Assembly: GCA_965216955.1 (NCBI GenBank)
Contig: CBDCGV010000016.1
Span: 160,715-224,714, forward strand
DNA: 64,000 nt
Direction: 5' to 3'
From: Chitinophagales bacterium
GTDB taxonomy: Bacteria; Bacteroidota; Bacteroidia; Chitinophagales; JADIYW01
The notes under the pieces are model-generated. The model was not told the DNA's origin. It saw nothing but the letters and a program-made list of their open reading frames with translations, and searched no databases. This document shows positions 41,901-56,900 of this stretch, piece after piece (position 1 is the first letter of the stretch; every line of letters starts with the position of its first letter). The position numbers were made by a program, and so were the translations under genes.

Positions 41901-44900
41901 ACAATACTATCACAACCATTCGCTGCACCACCTACTATTGTATCTACTTCTGTTCCTACTTCTGCAGGATCGCAAGTCGTTGCATTTACCGTAGTACTAG
42001 CTGTTGGTAACAATGTTGTTACTGTAGTTACTATACTATCACAACCATTCGCTGCACCGCCTACTATCGTATCTACTTCTGTTCCTACTTCTGCAGGATC
42101 ACAAGTCGTTAAGTTCACTGTTGAACTTGCCGTCGGCAATAATGTAGTTACTGTAGTTACAATACTATCACAACCATTCGCTGCACCACCTACTATTGTA
42201 TCTACTTCTGTACCTACTTCTGCAGGATCACAAGTTGTCAAGTCTACTGTTGAACTTGCTGTTGGTAACAAGGTTGTTACTGTAGTTACAATACTATCAC
42301 AACCATTCGCTGCACCACCTACTATCGTATCTACTACCGTACCTACTTCTGCAGGATCGCAGGTTGTCAAGTTCACTGTTGAGCTTGCTGTTGGCAATAA
42401 GCTTGTTATTGTTGTTACAATACTATCACAACCATTCGCTGCACCACCTACTATCGTATCTACTACCGTACCTACTTCTGCAGGATCACAGGTTGTTGCA
42501 TTTACTGTAGCACTTGCTGTTGGCAATAATGTAGTTACTGTTGTTACAATACTATCGCAACCATTGGCTGCACCACCTACTATCGTATCTACTACCGTAC
42601 CTACTTCTGCAGGATCGCAGGTTGTCAAGTTCACTGTTGAGCTTGCTGTTGGCAATAAGCTTGTTATTGTTGTTACTACACTATCACAACCATTCGCTGC
42701 ACCATCCACTATCGTATCTACTTCTGTACCTACTTCTGCAGGATCACAAGTCGTCAAGTTCACCGTTGAGCTTGCTGTTGGCAATAAGCTTGTAGTTGTA
42801 ATTACAATACTATCACAACCATTCGCTGCACCGCCTACTATCGTATCTATTACTGTACCCACTTCTGCAGGATCACAAGTCGTTGCATCTACCGTAGAAA
42901 TAGGTGTCGGCAACAAGCTTGTTGTCGTTGTTACAATACTATCACAACCATTCGCTGCACCACCTACTATCGTATCTACTACCGTACCTACTTCTGCAGG
43001 ATCACAAGTCGTTGCATTTACTGTAGTTCTTGCCGTTGGCAATAAGCTTGTTATTGTTGTTACAATGCTATCACAACCATTGGCTGCACCGCCCACTATC
43101 GTATCTACTACTGTACCTACTTCTGCAGGATCACAGGTCGTTGTATTCACTGTAGAACTTGCTGTTGGCAATAAGCTTGTTATTGTTGTTACTACACTAT
43201 CGCAACCATCAGATCCAGCAACTACATCTATAGTTGTTCCTGTATCAGCAGGGTTACAGCTTGTTGCAAGTACTGTTACACTGTCAATTTCATTTACAGT
43301 TAAGTTCAACGTTACTACACTATCACAACCATTCGCCTGTGTCAACGTAACCGTATTTGTTCCTGTAGTATTAAATACGCTTGTTCCAACTGTAACGCTT
43401 TCTCCTTCACAAATTGTGCTATCCACAACAATGCTATCAATAGGATTAACTGTTAAGTTCAATGTCACTACACTATCACAACCATTCGTTTGAGTAAGTG
43501 TTGTCATATGTGTACCAGTTGTGTTATAACTGCTATTTCCAATAGTCACACTCTCTCCTTCGCAAATCGTACTATCTACTGAGGTCATTGCGGTATCACA
43601 GAAGATCGACACAATAAAGATCGTCGTATCATATGCCATCGTTGTACTATCGTACGTCACTACGCAAATGCTATCTACATAATCACCTACTGTATTATCA
43701 CTTCTGAAGGTTATACATCCAAATGGTGTTACTTCATAATTACCATATACGCCACTTGTACCCGTAGTTCCACCACCGCACAACCAACTATTATCTGCAT
43801 TCAACACCCCATTCTCGAATGGACTATCACATACGGTAATAGAATCTTTCACTGGTAATGCAAACCAGATTGTATCCACTTCTGATGGTATACTAACTAT
43901 TATAATTGTTGTATCCGTCTGACCTGTGGTGCTATCCGTTACTACCACACAAATACTATCTATAAAGTCTCCAATATTCGTATTCGTATTGTAGATCAAG
44001 CAGCCATCATCTGTTAATGTATAACTACCATAATCACTAGATCCTGTAGTTCCTCCTTCACACAACTCAGCACTGTATCCATCTGTTCCAAATCCAGGCT
44101 CTATTGCTACACATACTGTATCTACACTATCCTGAGGTATGGTTACATAAATCGTATCCGGTGTTGGGGTGATACTTGGGATAAAGATCGTTGTATCATA
44201 GCTCATTGTTGTGCTATCATAAGTTACTACACATATTGTATCTACATAAACTCCAACTGTTGTCAGACTTGTAAAGGTGATACATCCTGCAGGGTCTACG
44301 ATAAAGTTACCGTATACTCCACTGGTTCCTGTGGTACCTCCTGTACACAACCAGCTATCATCAGCACTTACTACTCCATTCTCAAAGTCTGTATCGCATA
44401 CTACCGTATCCGTTTCTGTCGGAATAGTAAAGTATATCGTATCAATGTCTTCAGGCGTATAGAAGCCAGCATCTATGGTTAAGTCATCTCCTGTTGCAGG
44501 ATCAAAGCTAAATACTGCTGTCTGACCGGTTACTTGATTTACATCACTATCTATTGTATCATTTACTCCTTGATTCTGTGGACTTGTTATGTATGGATCC
44601 CCTGTTGTTGTAACATCAAAGGCTACAATGTAGTCTCCCTCTTCCACATCGGTAAACAGATAAGAACCATCCATTTCTGTCACTTCCGTTTGAAGCGTAT
44701 CTCCAGTAACTGCATCTATCAAGTATACAGTAACTCCCTCTATGCCTACTTCTGTACCATCTTGAATACCATCCTGATTTATATCATTCCAGACATAATC
44801 TCCGATATTGGCTGTCAATGGAATTATCGTAGGAATAAAGATCGTTGTATCTACATCTCCGTCATCATCAATAGTGATTACACAGATCGTATCTACAAAA

Positions 44901-47900
44901 TCACCAGGAATTGTATCACTAACATATACTAAACATCCAGTATCAGCAGCAAACCACTCTCCATAGATATTAGTAAAGTCTAATGGGTCACACAATTGTG
45001 TGGTTGAATTTCCGTTTACTGCATTCTCTAGAATTGGATCACAAACTATAATTGAATCTTCTACTAACAATTCAAAGTAGATCGTGTCTCTTTCCGTAGG
45101 AATAACAAATCCTGCATCAATTGTTAAGTCATCACCTGTTGATGCATCAAAAGGGAATACATCGGTCTGTCCATCCTCATTAGCATCACTATCCACATTG
45201 TCAAGACCAGCATCTTTTGTCGTAGGTATGAAATCAAACCCTGTAGTATTTGTTTGCATATCAAATGCTACAATATAGTTTCCTGAAGTAATGTCTTCGA
45301 ATAAGTATGCACCATTTGCATCGGTGGTTGTTACTCTTAACGTATCTCCAGTATCACCATCTATTAAGTAAACTGTTACTCTTTCTATACCTACTTCTCC
45401 ATTATCTTGCAATCCATTTCTATTATCGTCTACCCAAACGGTATCACCGATATTTGCTGTTGGCAAGATTGTTACAATAAAGATTGTTGTATCTATATTT
45501 CCTGACGTATCCGTTGTTACCACACAGATGGTGTCAATGAAATCAGCTGGTGTAGCATCACTATTGTATGTGATACATCCAGACTCTGAAACGGTCCAAT
45601 CTCCAAAGCTGCTACTTGTTGTTCCAGCATCACACAATTGTGTATTTGTAGGATTGGTTACACCATTCTCTAATGTATCGTCACATGCTGTAACTGTACT
45701 ATCGACAGGTACTTCAACATAAATCGTATCCTTAGGTTCAATAGCCTCAAACAATCCAACATCAATTGTTAAATCATCTCCTGTTGTAGGATCGAATGTA
45801 AATGGTGCTGTTTGTCCTGTTACAGGATTCACATCACTATCTAGACTATCTACTGTTGCATTCTGAGGACTTACATCATAAGCAACCCCTGTATTCGTAG
45901 GATCAACTGCGACCACATATTCTCCAGGAACCACATTTTCGAATAGATATAATCCATCCGCATCTGTAGTATCTGTTGCAACAGTATCTCCTGTGGTATT
46001 GTTAATTAAGTAAACAATTACCCCTTCAATACCTTCTTCTGTACCATCTTGGATACCATCCTCATTTTCATCATTCCAAACATAATCTCCAATGTCTGCT
46101 ATCGGCGTATATCCTGCATCAATTGTTAAATCATCTCCAGTAGTAGGATCAAACGTAAATGGTGCAGTCTGTCCAGTTGTTGGATCTGCGTCACTATCTA
46201 AGCTATCCACTGTAGTATTTTGCAATGTTCCAACTAACTCCAGTCCTGTATTACTAGTACTAATGTCAAACGCGACAATATAATCTCCAGCAAGCACATC
46301 TTCGAACAAGTACAATCCATCTTGATCTGTAGTAGTTGTTCTTAATGTATCTCCTGTAGCCGCATCTATCAAGTACACTGTTGCATCCTCAATAGGATCT
46401 TCTGTAGGATCTTGAATACCGTCATAATTTACATCTACCCAAACATAATCACCAATATTGGCTGTTGGAATAATTGTAGATATAAAGATGGTGGTATCAA
46501 TATCTCCATCAGGATCAATTGTTACTACACAAATAGTATCTAAGAAATCACCAGGGATATTACCACTATTGTATACTAAGCATCCCGTATTAATTGCAAA
46601 CCACGTTGCATAAATACTTGACATATCTAAAGGATCACACAATTGTGTAACAGGCGATCCACTCACACCATTTTCAAGCATCGAGTCACAAACTGTTATT
46701 GTACTGTCTTCTGGTAATTCGAAGTAAATCGTATCCTTCAACATTGGCTCAAATAGACCAGCATCCAATGTCAGGTCATCACCTGTTGTTGGATCAAAGT
46801 TGAATGGTGCTGTTTGTCCTGTTACAGGATTCACATCACTATCTAAACTATCTACGGTAGCATCTTGAGGACTAATCATATAATTAGGTCCTGCATTGCT
46901 AGGATCGATTGCAACTATATATTGACCTTCACCAATATTCTCAAACAGATACATTCCATCTTGGTCTGTAGTAGTTGTTCTCAACGTATCTCCAGTAACT
47001 GCATCAATCAAGTATACTATTACATCTTCGACACCTTCTTCTGTAGGATCTTGAATACCATCTCTATTGATATCAGACCACACATAATCACCGATATCCG
47101 CTGTAGGTGTGATGCTTACAATAAAGATTGTAGTATCTCTGGTTCCCGTTGTATCAGTAGTTACCACACAAATGGTATCTACAAAATCTCCTGCTGTTGT
47201 ATCACTGTTATAAGTTAAGCATCCAGGTTCTGTAGGACTCCAATCTCCAAAGTCACTACTAGTAGTTGCCACATCACACAACTGTGTATTAGTAGGAATG
47301 GTTACTCCATTCTCTAATGTATCATCACAAGCTGTGATTGTGCTATCTACCGGTAATTCGATATAAATCGTATCTACCTCCATTGGAACGATATATCCTG
47401 CATCAATTGTTAAGTCATCTCCTGTTGCAGGATCAAAATTAAATGGTGCTGTTTGTCCTGTTACCGGATTAGCATCACTATCTAAACTGTCAACTGTTGC
47501 GTTTTGTCCTGTTCCAGCATAATCAATTCCATCAGCATTTGTTGTTACATCAAATGCAACAATATAATCTCCTTCTGACACATCTTCGAACAAGTACAAT
47601 CCATCTTGATCTGTAGTTGTTGTTCTCAACGTATCATTTGTATTAGCATCTATTAAGTAAACTGTTACCCCTTCGATACCATCTTCATTGCCATCTTGGA
47701 TACCATCTCTATTAGCATCTGCCCATACATAGTCTCCAATATTAGCAGTTGGTGTAATCGTTACAATAAATATTGTTGAATCAATATTACCTGATGTATC
47801 CGTAGTTACCACACAAATAGTATCTACGAAATCACCTGCTGTTGTATCACTATTATAAGTTAAACATCCAGGTTCTAATACAGACCAATCTCCAAAGTCG

Positions 47901-50900
47901 CTGCTGGTAGTACCCGCATCACACAACTGCGTTGTAGTTGGATTAGTTACATCATTTTCTAACGGATCATCACAAACTGTAATCGTGCTATCTACTGGCA
48001 ATTCAATGTAGATTGTATCAGATGGCTCAAAAGATTCAAATAAACCAGCATCAATTGTTAAATCATCACCTGTTGTAGGATCAAATGTAAACGGTGCTGT
48101 AGTTCCTGTTGGATCTATATCACTATCTAAACTATCTACTGTTGCATTTTGAGGACTAATCTCATAATCTAATCCAGTATTTGTAGGATCAATAGATACT
48201 ACATACTCGCCAGCAGTTACATTTTCGAATAAGTATAAACCATCCGCATCTGTTGTATCCGTAGCAATTGTATCTCCTGTAGTATTATCTACTAAGTAAA
48301 CAATTACTCCTTCAATACCCTCTTCATTTCCATCTTGTATACCATCTTCGTTAGCATCATTCCATACATAGTCTCCAATGTCTGCAGTTTGAATGAAACC
48401 AGCATCAATTGTCAAATCATCTCCTGTTGCAGGATCAAAATTAAACGGTGCTGTTTGTCCTGTTGTAGGATCTGCATCACTATCTAAACTATCTACTGTT
48501 GCATTTTGGGCAGTTCCAATATATTCTAACCCATCAACATTTGTTGTTATATCAAAAGCAACTATGTAATCTCCCTCTGACACATCTTCGAACAAGTACA
48601 ATCCATCTTGATCTGTTGTTGTTGTTCTCAACGTATCATTCGTATTAGCATCAATTAAGTAAACCGTTACCCCTTCGATACCATCTTCGTTTCCATCTTG
48701 GATACCATCTTTATTTGCATCTGCCCAAACATAGTCTCCTATATCTGCAGTTGGAGTTATTGTTACAATAAAGATTGTTGTATCTGTATGTCCAAGTGTA
48801 TCTGTAGTTACAACACAAATTGTATCTACAAAGTCTCCAGCAGTTGTATCACTATTATAAGTAAGACATCCAGGTTCTGATACAGACCAGTCTCCGAAGT
48901 CGCTACTTGTTGTACCAGCATCACACAATTGAGTCGTAGTAGGATTAACTACTCCGTTCTCCAATGCGATATCACATTCTGTTATCGTACTATCTACTGG
49001 TAATTCGACATATATCGTATCTACTTCGTCTGGAATAAAGAATCCAGCATCGAATGTTAAGTCATCTCCATCGGCAGGATCGAAAGCAAATAGATCTGTC
49101 AATCCTGTATTTGGATCAGCATCACTATCATCGTCATCAGCCGTGGTATTTTTACCTGTTCCAATATAATCTATACCATCTACATTGGTAGTTACATCAA
49201 AGCCTATTTGATAAACTCCCAGTGGCACATCTTCGAACAAGTACAATCCATTAGAGTCTGTCGTTGTTATTCGCAATGTATCGCCACCAGTAGCTGCATT
49301 AATTAAATAAACTGTTACACCTTCTAGACCCACTTCATTGTCATCCTGAATACCATCTTTACTAGCATCAACCCAAACATAATCTCCAATGTCTGCTTTT
49401 GGCGTTATAGTAATAATGAATATGGTTGTATCAGTTTCTCCATTATCATCTACAGTAACTACGCAAACCGTATCTATAAACTCTGCTGGAATTGAATCAG
49501 AATTGTATGTTAAACAACCTTCATTTGTAGCGAACCAATCTCCATAATCACTTGATCTATCAAATGGATCACACAATTGAGTTGTAAATACATTGTCCAC
49601 TGAATTCTCCAACTGATCATCACATACTGTTAATGTACTGTCAACCGGCAATTCAAAGTAAATGGTATCATGTGTTCTTGGTACGTTGATGATTACAATT
49701 GTAGTATCGTACATCATCACACTGCTATCATAAGTCACCACACAAATCGTATCTACTCCTATGCCAGGCTCATTATCTGCTGTATATACTAAACAATCCT
49801 CAACCAATGTCCACTCACCCTCAGGACTTGACCCTGAAGTAGTTCCATCACAAAGTAGTGTTGAGAAGTCATCACCATCAAAACCTTCTTCATGTTCTGC
49901 ACAAACGGTATCGGTTTCATACTGTGGTATGGTTACAATCACCGTATCTGGTACAGGTACAATTGTTGGTATAAAGTACGTGGTATCATAGGTGTCCTCC
50001 GTGCTATCATAGGTTACCACACAGATCGTATCTACATCTCTGCCTACTGTGGTATCACTGTAGAATGTCAAACAACCGGCAGGTTCTGTAACAAAGGTAC
50101 CCCAAGGCTCACTTGTTCCTGTTGTACCTCCTGTACACAACCAACTATCACTAGCTGTTTCAACGCCATTTTCAAATGCATCATCACAGACTGTAATAGA
50201 ATCTTCCACTGGTAATTCAAACCAAACAGTATCCACCACTGATGGAATATTGACAATAATTATTGTCGTATCGTACATCATTAGACTACTGTCATAAGTC
50301 ACCACACAAATCGTATCGACGCCTGCACCAGGAATATCATTCGTATTGTATACAAGGCACTCTTCTAATACAGACCAATCACCATATCTACTAGATCCAG
50401 TCGTACTTCCATCACACAATGTTGTTGAGAAGTCGCCACCATCAAAACCTAACTCTGGTGTCGTACATATCGTATCACTATCTTCTTGTGGGATAGTAAC
50501 AATAATTGTATCCGGCTCAGGAGTGATTGTAGGAATGAAATAAGTTGTATCATATGTCATTTCTGTGCTATCATAAGTTACTACACAGATCGTATCTACA
50601 TATCTACCCACCGTCATGTCACTGAAATAAGTTAAGCAACCTTCAGGATCTACTATATAACTACCCCATGGTGCCTTACTACCAATTAAGCCACCTTCAC
50701 ACAACCAGCTAGTACTAGCCGTCTTTACTCCATTTTCAAATGCTGAGTCACATACTGTAATCTCATCATTTATTGGTAATTCAAACCATATCGTATCTAC
50801 TACTGATGGAATATTGATGATGACAATATTGGTATCATACATCATTAAGCTGCTATCGTAGGTTACTACACAGATCGTATCCACTCCGTTACCAGGAATA

Positions 50901-53900
50901 TCATTGGTGTTGTATACGATGCAATCATCTAATACAGACCAATCACCATATCTACTAGATCCAGTCGTACTTCCATCACATAGTGTGGTTGAGAAATCGC
51001 CTCCGTCAAATCCAATTTCATGTTCTACGCATATTGTATCACTATCCTCTTGAGGAATTGTAACAATAATTGTATCTGGAATTGGTGTAATAGTAGAAAT
51101 AAAGATCGTTGTATCAATATTTCCTGTACTATCCGTTGTTACCACACAAATTGTATCTAAGTGATTTCCAACAATACTATCATTACTAAAGTAGGTTAAA
51201 CAACCATCTTCAGTAGGTGTCCATGTACCATAAATACTTGAAGTCTCACTAGGATCACATAACTCCGTGCTTGCGAACGGTGCAGATGTCTCATTTTCCA
51301 ATGAATCATCACATACTGTAATCATACTATCCACCGGCAATTCGAAATATACCGTATCCGGCGGCGCGCAATTCTCTTCTGTAACAGAAAATTCAGATGT
51401 TGTTGAACAACCGTTAGCATCCGTTATTAAAATTTCATAGTCACCTCTTGCTAAATCAGTAATACATCCCTCTACATTTTCTACAAAACTTGCAGGAATA
51501 GTTCCTGTTCCAGTAATAAAGCTAACCGTATAATCTGTTGTACCACCTGTTATGGTAATACATGCCTGACCTGTTGCCTCATTACACTGTGAAGGTAACG
51601 CAGCAATATCAATATCTAAAGTACTTGGTTCTCCTACAGTTACCTGTGTATAACCAATACAACCATTAACATCTACGACTGCTATATCGTATGTTCCAGC
51701 AGAAAGACCACTGAAAGATACAGGCACTCCGCTCGTAATACTTCCACTTCCCACTCCTGGGATTAAGAAGCCATTTAATGCTGCGCCATTAGCTGTTGCA
51801 GTAATCGAAATTACTCCATCTTCAACTCCTTGGCAGCTTGCATTTGTATCAACAACAGCCGTTACAGATGGTCCATCACTATTCGTCAATGCTACAGTGA
51901 ATGTTGTATCACAACCTTCATCATCAATTGTTACTGTATAAATACCACCTTCAAGGTTAGAAGCAATTGCTCCCGCTACGAATACTCCATTAGGACCAGT
52001 CCAGCTATACGTTTCATTACCGCTAGTACCCGTTGGAGTAATTGTTATTGTACCATTTGTATTTCCACAAGTAGGATCATCTGTATCTACAGTAAATGTA
52101 TAATCTACAGGCTCCTCTTCGATACAAACTGGCTCAATCACTTTACAACCATTCACATCTTCTAAAATCAGGGTGTAACATCCTGGTGCTAAATCACCCA
52201 CAGTTAGATTACCTGTAAGTGGAACATTTGATCCTTCTACTATTGGTGTTCCATCCTCAGCGTATAAATCAAATGTATAAGGTGCTGTTCCACCGAACAC
52301 TAAATATCCTAACTCTCCATTATCCTCTCCACACTCGCTTGGCGAGGTATTTCCATTGTCTATTAACACTAACCCTGGTGTTACTATAGATTCAATTTCA
52401 TTCTCACCCATTACTGTACAAATTCCTGTTGAATCAACTACCACTACAGTATATTGACCAGCAGGTAAGTCTTCAATACAGTATTCTGTATCCGTCATAG
52501 TTGTTGTTCCAACTACTATACCCGTTGCCAGGTTGGTTATTGTATATGTAAATGGTGCAGTACCTCCAGATACTTTAGCACATATTGAACCATTGCTCTC
52601 GCCACATTCTTCATCTTCTACTACAATACTCTCTAATCCAAAGTCATCACAAAGTACACATGCATCAGGACCAATAACGCTGAAATCACCATCTGTTTCA
52701 CAACCATTTGCATCTACTATTGCAATTGAATAGTCTCCTTCTGTTAGACCAACAATACAGCTTTCAACACCTTCTTCGAAGCTAGCAGGAACAATACCTA
52801 CACCTTGTGTCATAGTTACAGTATATGGTCCAGTACCACCGTTTATAGTTACGCATGCTGAAGCATCAAAGACATCACAAAGTGATTCATCTGTTGGTGC
52901 AATATCTACATCAATAGTTGTAGGCTCTCCAATTGTAAATTGAGCAAACCCATCACAACCTAATTCATCTTTTACTAATACATCATACGTTCCAGCACCT
53001 AAGCTATCCACTGTAACTGGCACTCCAGAAGTAATTGAACCACTTCCAGCTCCAAACACCACATATCCTAATGTCGGTGCACTTCCTGCTGTTGCAGTCA
53101 ATTCTACACTACCCGTTTCGTATCCGTTACAAGTTGCATCTGTAGGAACCGCCGCAACAGACGGGCCATCAGTATTTGTTAAAATAACCGTTAAAGTAGT
53201 ATCGCAACCACCATCATCGATGGTTATATTATATATACCAGCTACTAAGTTATTAGCCGTATTCCCCACTACAGTAAAGTCGCCAAGTGGTCCAGTCCAA
53301 CTTACAGTTGCACCACCGCTGGCACCAGTTAATATGAGTTGAATTGCTCCATTATTATTTCCACAAGTTGGGTTCGTTGGAATTGATCCCACTAAGAAAT
53401 CTACTGGACCTTCTTCAATACATACTTCTTCAACTTCTTCACAACCGTTTGCATCCACCAATATTAAGGTATAGCAATCAGCTGCAAGGTTACCTACCGT
53501 TAAGTTTCCTGTAACCGGCACATTAGCATTTGCTACAATGGCAGTACCATTAGAAGCATATACACTATATGTAAATGGAGCCTGTCCTCCGGTCACCATA
53601 TATCCTAAACGACCATTTGTTTCACCACAATCTGTATTTTCTGTATTACCATTGTCTACAAGATCAGGAGCACCGATCGTTTCAATTTCATTCTCGCCCA
53701 TTACCGTACATTCTCCAGTAGCATCTGCTACCTCTACTATATATTGACCACTAGGTAAGTTTTCAATACAATATTCTGTACCCATCATAGTTGTTGTTCC
53801 AACTACAGCACTTGTTGCCAAATTCGTAACGGTATATGTATAAGGTGCTGTACCTCCAGCAACTGTAGCACATAAAGTTCCATCGCCTTGTCCACAACGC

Positions 53901-56900
53901 TCATCCTCAACAACAATACTTTCTAATCCAAAGTCATCACAATCAATACATGTATCTGGTCCAGCTATGCTAAAGTCTCCTTCCGCACCACAACCATTGG
54001 CGTCTTCAACAGCCACCGTATAGTCTCCTTCTGTTAAGCCGATAATACAATTTTCAACTCCTTCAGTAAATACCGGAGGTACTATTCCTGTTCCTTGTGT
54101 TAAAGTAACTGTATAAGGTCCAGTACCACCATTTATTGTAACACAACCTAATGCATCACTAGCATCACATTCTGTTTCTTCAGATGGTGCAATATCTATA
54201 TCAATAGTTGTTGGCTCTTCAATAGTAAATGAAGTATATCCTTCGCAACCATTTTCATCAATCACCAATACATCATAGTCTCCACCAGCAAGGCTATCCA
54301 ATGCAATCGGAACACCTGCGCTTATTGGGCCACTACTTACTCCGAATACGACATATCCTAATACCGGAGTGCTTCCATTTGCAGCCGTAACTATTGCGCT
54401 ACCTGTTTCATGACCATTACAAGTTGCCGGTGTCGGCACCGCTGTAACTGTTGGGCCATTGCTATTCGGAAGCACCACTGTTACCGTAGTATCACATCCT
54501 TCATCATCTATCGTAATAGTGTAAATTCCAGCTGCTAAGTTATTAGCTAATGTTGTTGCTGTAAATGTTCCGCCAGGACCACTCCAGCTAAATGTTTCAT
54601 TACCACTTGTTCCAACTAAATTTAAAATTATTGAACCGTCATTATTACCGCATGTTGGTAAGACAGGAGCAACATTTACTAAGAAATCTATTGGATTTTC
54701 TTCTATACATACCTCTTCTATCTCTTGGCAACCATTGGCATCTGTTAATATTAGTGTATAACAACCTGGCGCCAAGTTATTTACTGCAATGCTTCCACTA
54801 GCAGGTACAATACTATTTGTAGTAACCGCACTTCCATCAGCAGCATATAAACTATAAGTAAGCGGTGCTGTTCCTCCAATCACTGTATATGCAAATGAAC
54901 CATTATCAGCTCCACAATCACTATTAACAGGATCTCCTGTTGCATTTAGATTTGGAGCACCAATTGCCTCAATTTCATTTTCGCCAGTAACCGAACACTC
55001 ACCGGTAGCATCTACTACCTCTACAATATATTGTCCACTTGGTAAATTTTCAATACAATACTCTGTACCAGGCATTGTTATTGTTCCAACAACAGTACTT
55101 GTTGCTAAATCCGTTACTGTATAAGTATATGGTGCTGTACCACCAGCTACCGTAGCACAAAGGCTACCATCTCCCTGACCGCAATGTTCATCTTCAACAA
55201 CAATACTTTCTAATCCAAAGTCATCACAGTCAATGCAAGTATCCGGAGCACTTATGCTAAACTCTCCTGTTGCACCACAACCATTTGCATCTTCAATTGA
55301 TAATGCATAATCATCTTCTGTTAAACCAATGATGCAAGTTTCTTCTCCTTCTTGGAAAGTTAATGGTACAATACCACTTCCTTGAGTCAAAGTTACTGTA
55401 TACGGTGTTGTACCTCCATTGATCGTCAAGCAAGCCAAACCATCAATTGCATCACATTCTGTTTCATCCATTGGAGCAATATCAACATCCAATGTCGCAG
55501 GCTCTTCGATTGTAAATTGACCATAACCTTCACATCCAGTTTCATCAATTACTAACACATCGTACATTCCTGCGCCTAAACTATCAACTGTTACAGGTGT
55601 TCCAATTGTAATTGTTCCACTACCAACTCCAAAGATTACATAACCTAAAGTCGGAGCACCACCTGAAGCAGCTCTTAATTCTACGCTACCAGTTTCATAA
55701 CCATTACAAGAAGCATCTACAGGAATAGCCATTACTTCAGGACCATCGCTATTAGTTAATGTTACAGTTAATACTGTATCACAACCTACATCGCTTATTG
55801 TAATTTCATAAACACCAGCTTCTAATCCACTTGCACTTGATCCAGACACAAAGTCACCATTAGGACCTGTCCAGCTATATGTTTCACTACCACTAGTTCC
55901 CGTCGCAGTAATTGAAATAGATCCATCTACATTTCCACAAGTTGGATCAGTTGATGTAACACCTACTGTATAATCAACCGGTCCTTCCTCAATACATACT
56001 TCTTCTAGTTCTTCGCAACCATTTGCATCAGTCAATACTAAAGTATAGCAATCTGTAGTTAAGTCCCCAACAGTAAGGTTACCAGTTGAAGGCACATTTG
56101 CATCTTCAACAATTGGGCTTCCATCAGATGCGTATAAGTCATACGTAAATGGTGCTGTTCCACCAGTTACTACATAACCAATTGTTCCGTTATTTTCTCC
56201 ACACTCATTGATAGATGTATTTCCTCCATCTAATACTAGATTTGGAGCACCAATCGCTTCAATTTCATTCTCACCCATCACATTACAATTTCCAGTAGCA
56301 TCTTCTACTTCAACAACATATTGACCACTAGGAAGGTCACTTAAGCAATATTCGGTACCGCTCATTGTTGTCGTTCCAACTACTGCGCCAGTCACCAAAT
56401 TGGTAACTGTATAAGTATAAGGTGCTGTACCTCCTGCTACTGTAGCACATAAAGAGCCATCATTTTGACCGCAATGCTCGTCAACAACAACAATACTTTC
56501 TAAACCAAAATCTTTACAATCTATGCAAGTATCTGGTCTGCTTATACTAAATTCTCCGTCCGCTTCGCAACCATTTGCATCTGTTACGGTGAATGCATAA
56601 TCTCCTTGTGTTAATCCTATAATACATCCTTCTACATTCTCCGTGTAACTAACAGGAACAATACCCATTCCTTGAGTTAACGTTACCGTATAAGGAGCTG
56701 TTCCTCCATTTATAGTAATACAACCTAAACCATCAAAAGCATCACATTCTGTTTCAGGAATAGCTTGAATATCTACATCTATTTCTTCTGGCTCTGTAAT
56801 AGTCACTTCAGCATAAGCTTCACAACCTGCTAGATCTATTATTGTAACTTCATAAACACCTGCCTCTAAGCCTGTAATTGTTACCGGCTGTCCAGCTATA

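Noticed and set aside
40860-43280. Possible CRISPR array, because of the regular short direct repeats
   Set aside because: The repeats are contiguous 120-bp units with no unique spacers. They are in frame within a coding sequence, and no cas genes are present in the window.
40905-43493. An 862-aa plus-strand ORF (VSTSVPTSAGSQVV.FTV...ILSQPFAAPPTI, repeated)
   Set aside because: It is the antisense frame of the 120-bp tandem repeats. Its openness is a by-product of the repeat lacking stop codons in that frame. It has the same 40-aa periodicity, no independent start context, and lies wholly inside a far longer, motif-rich minus-strand ORF.
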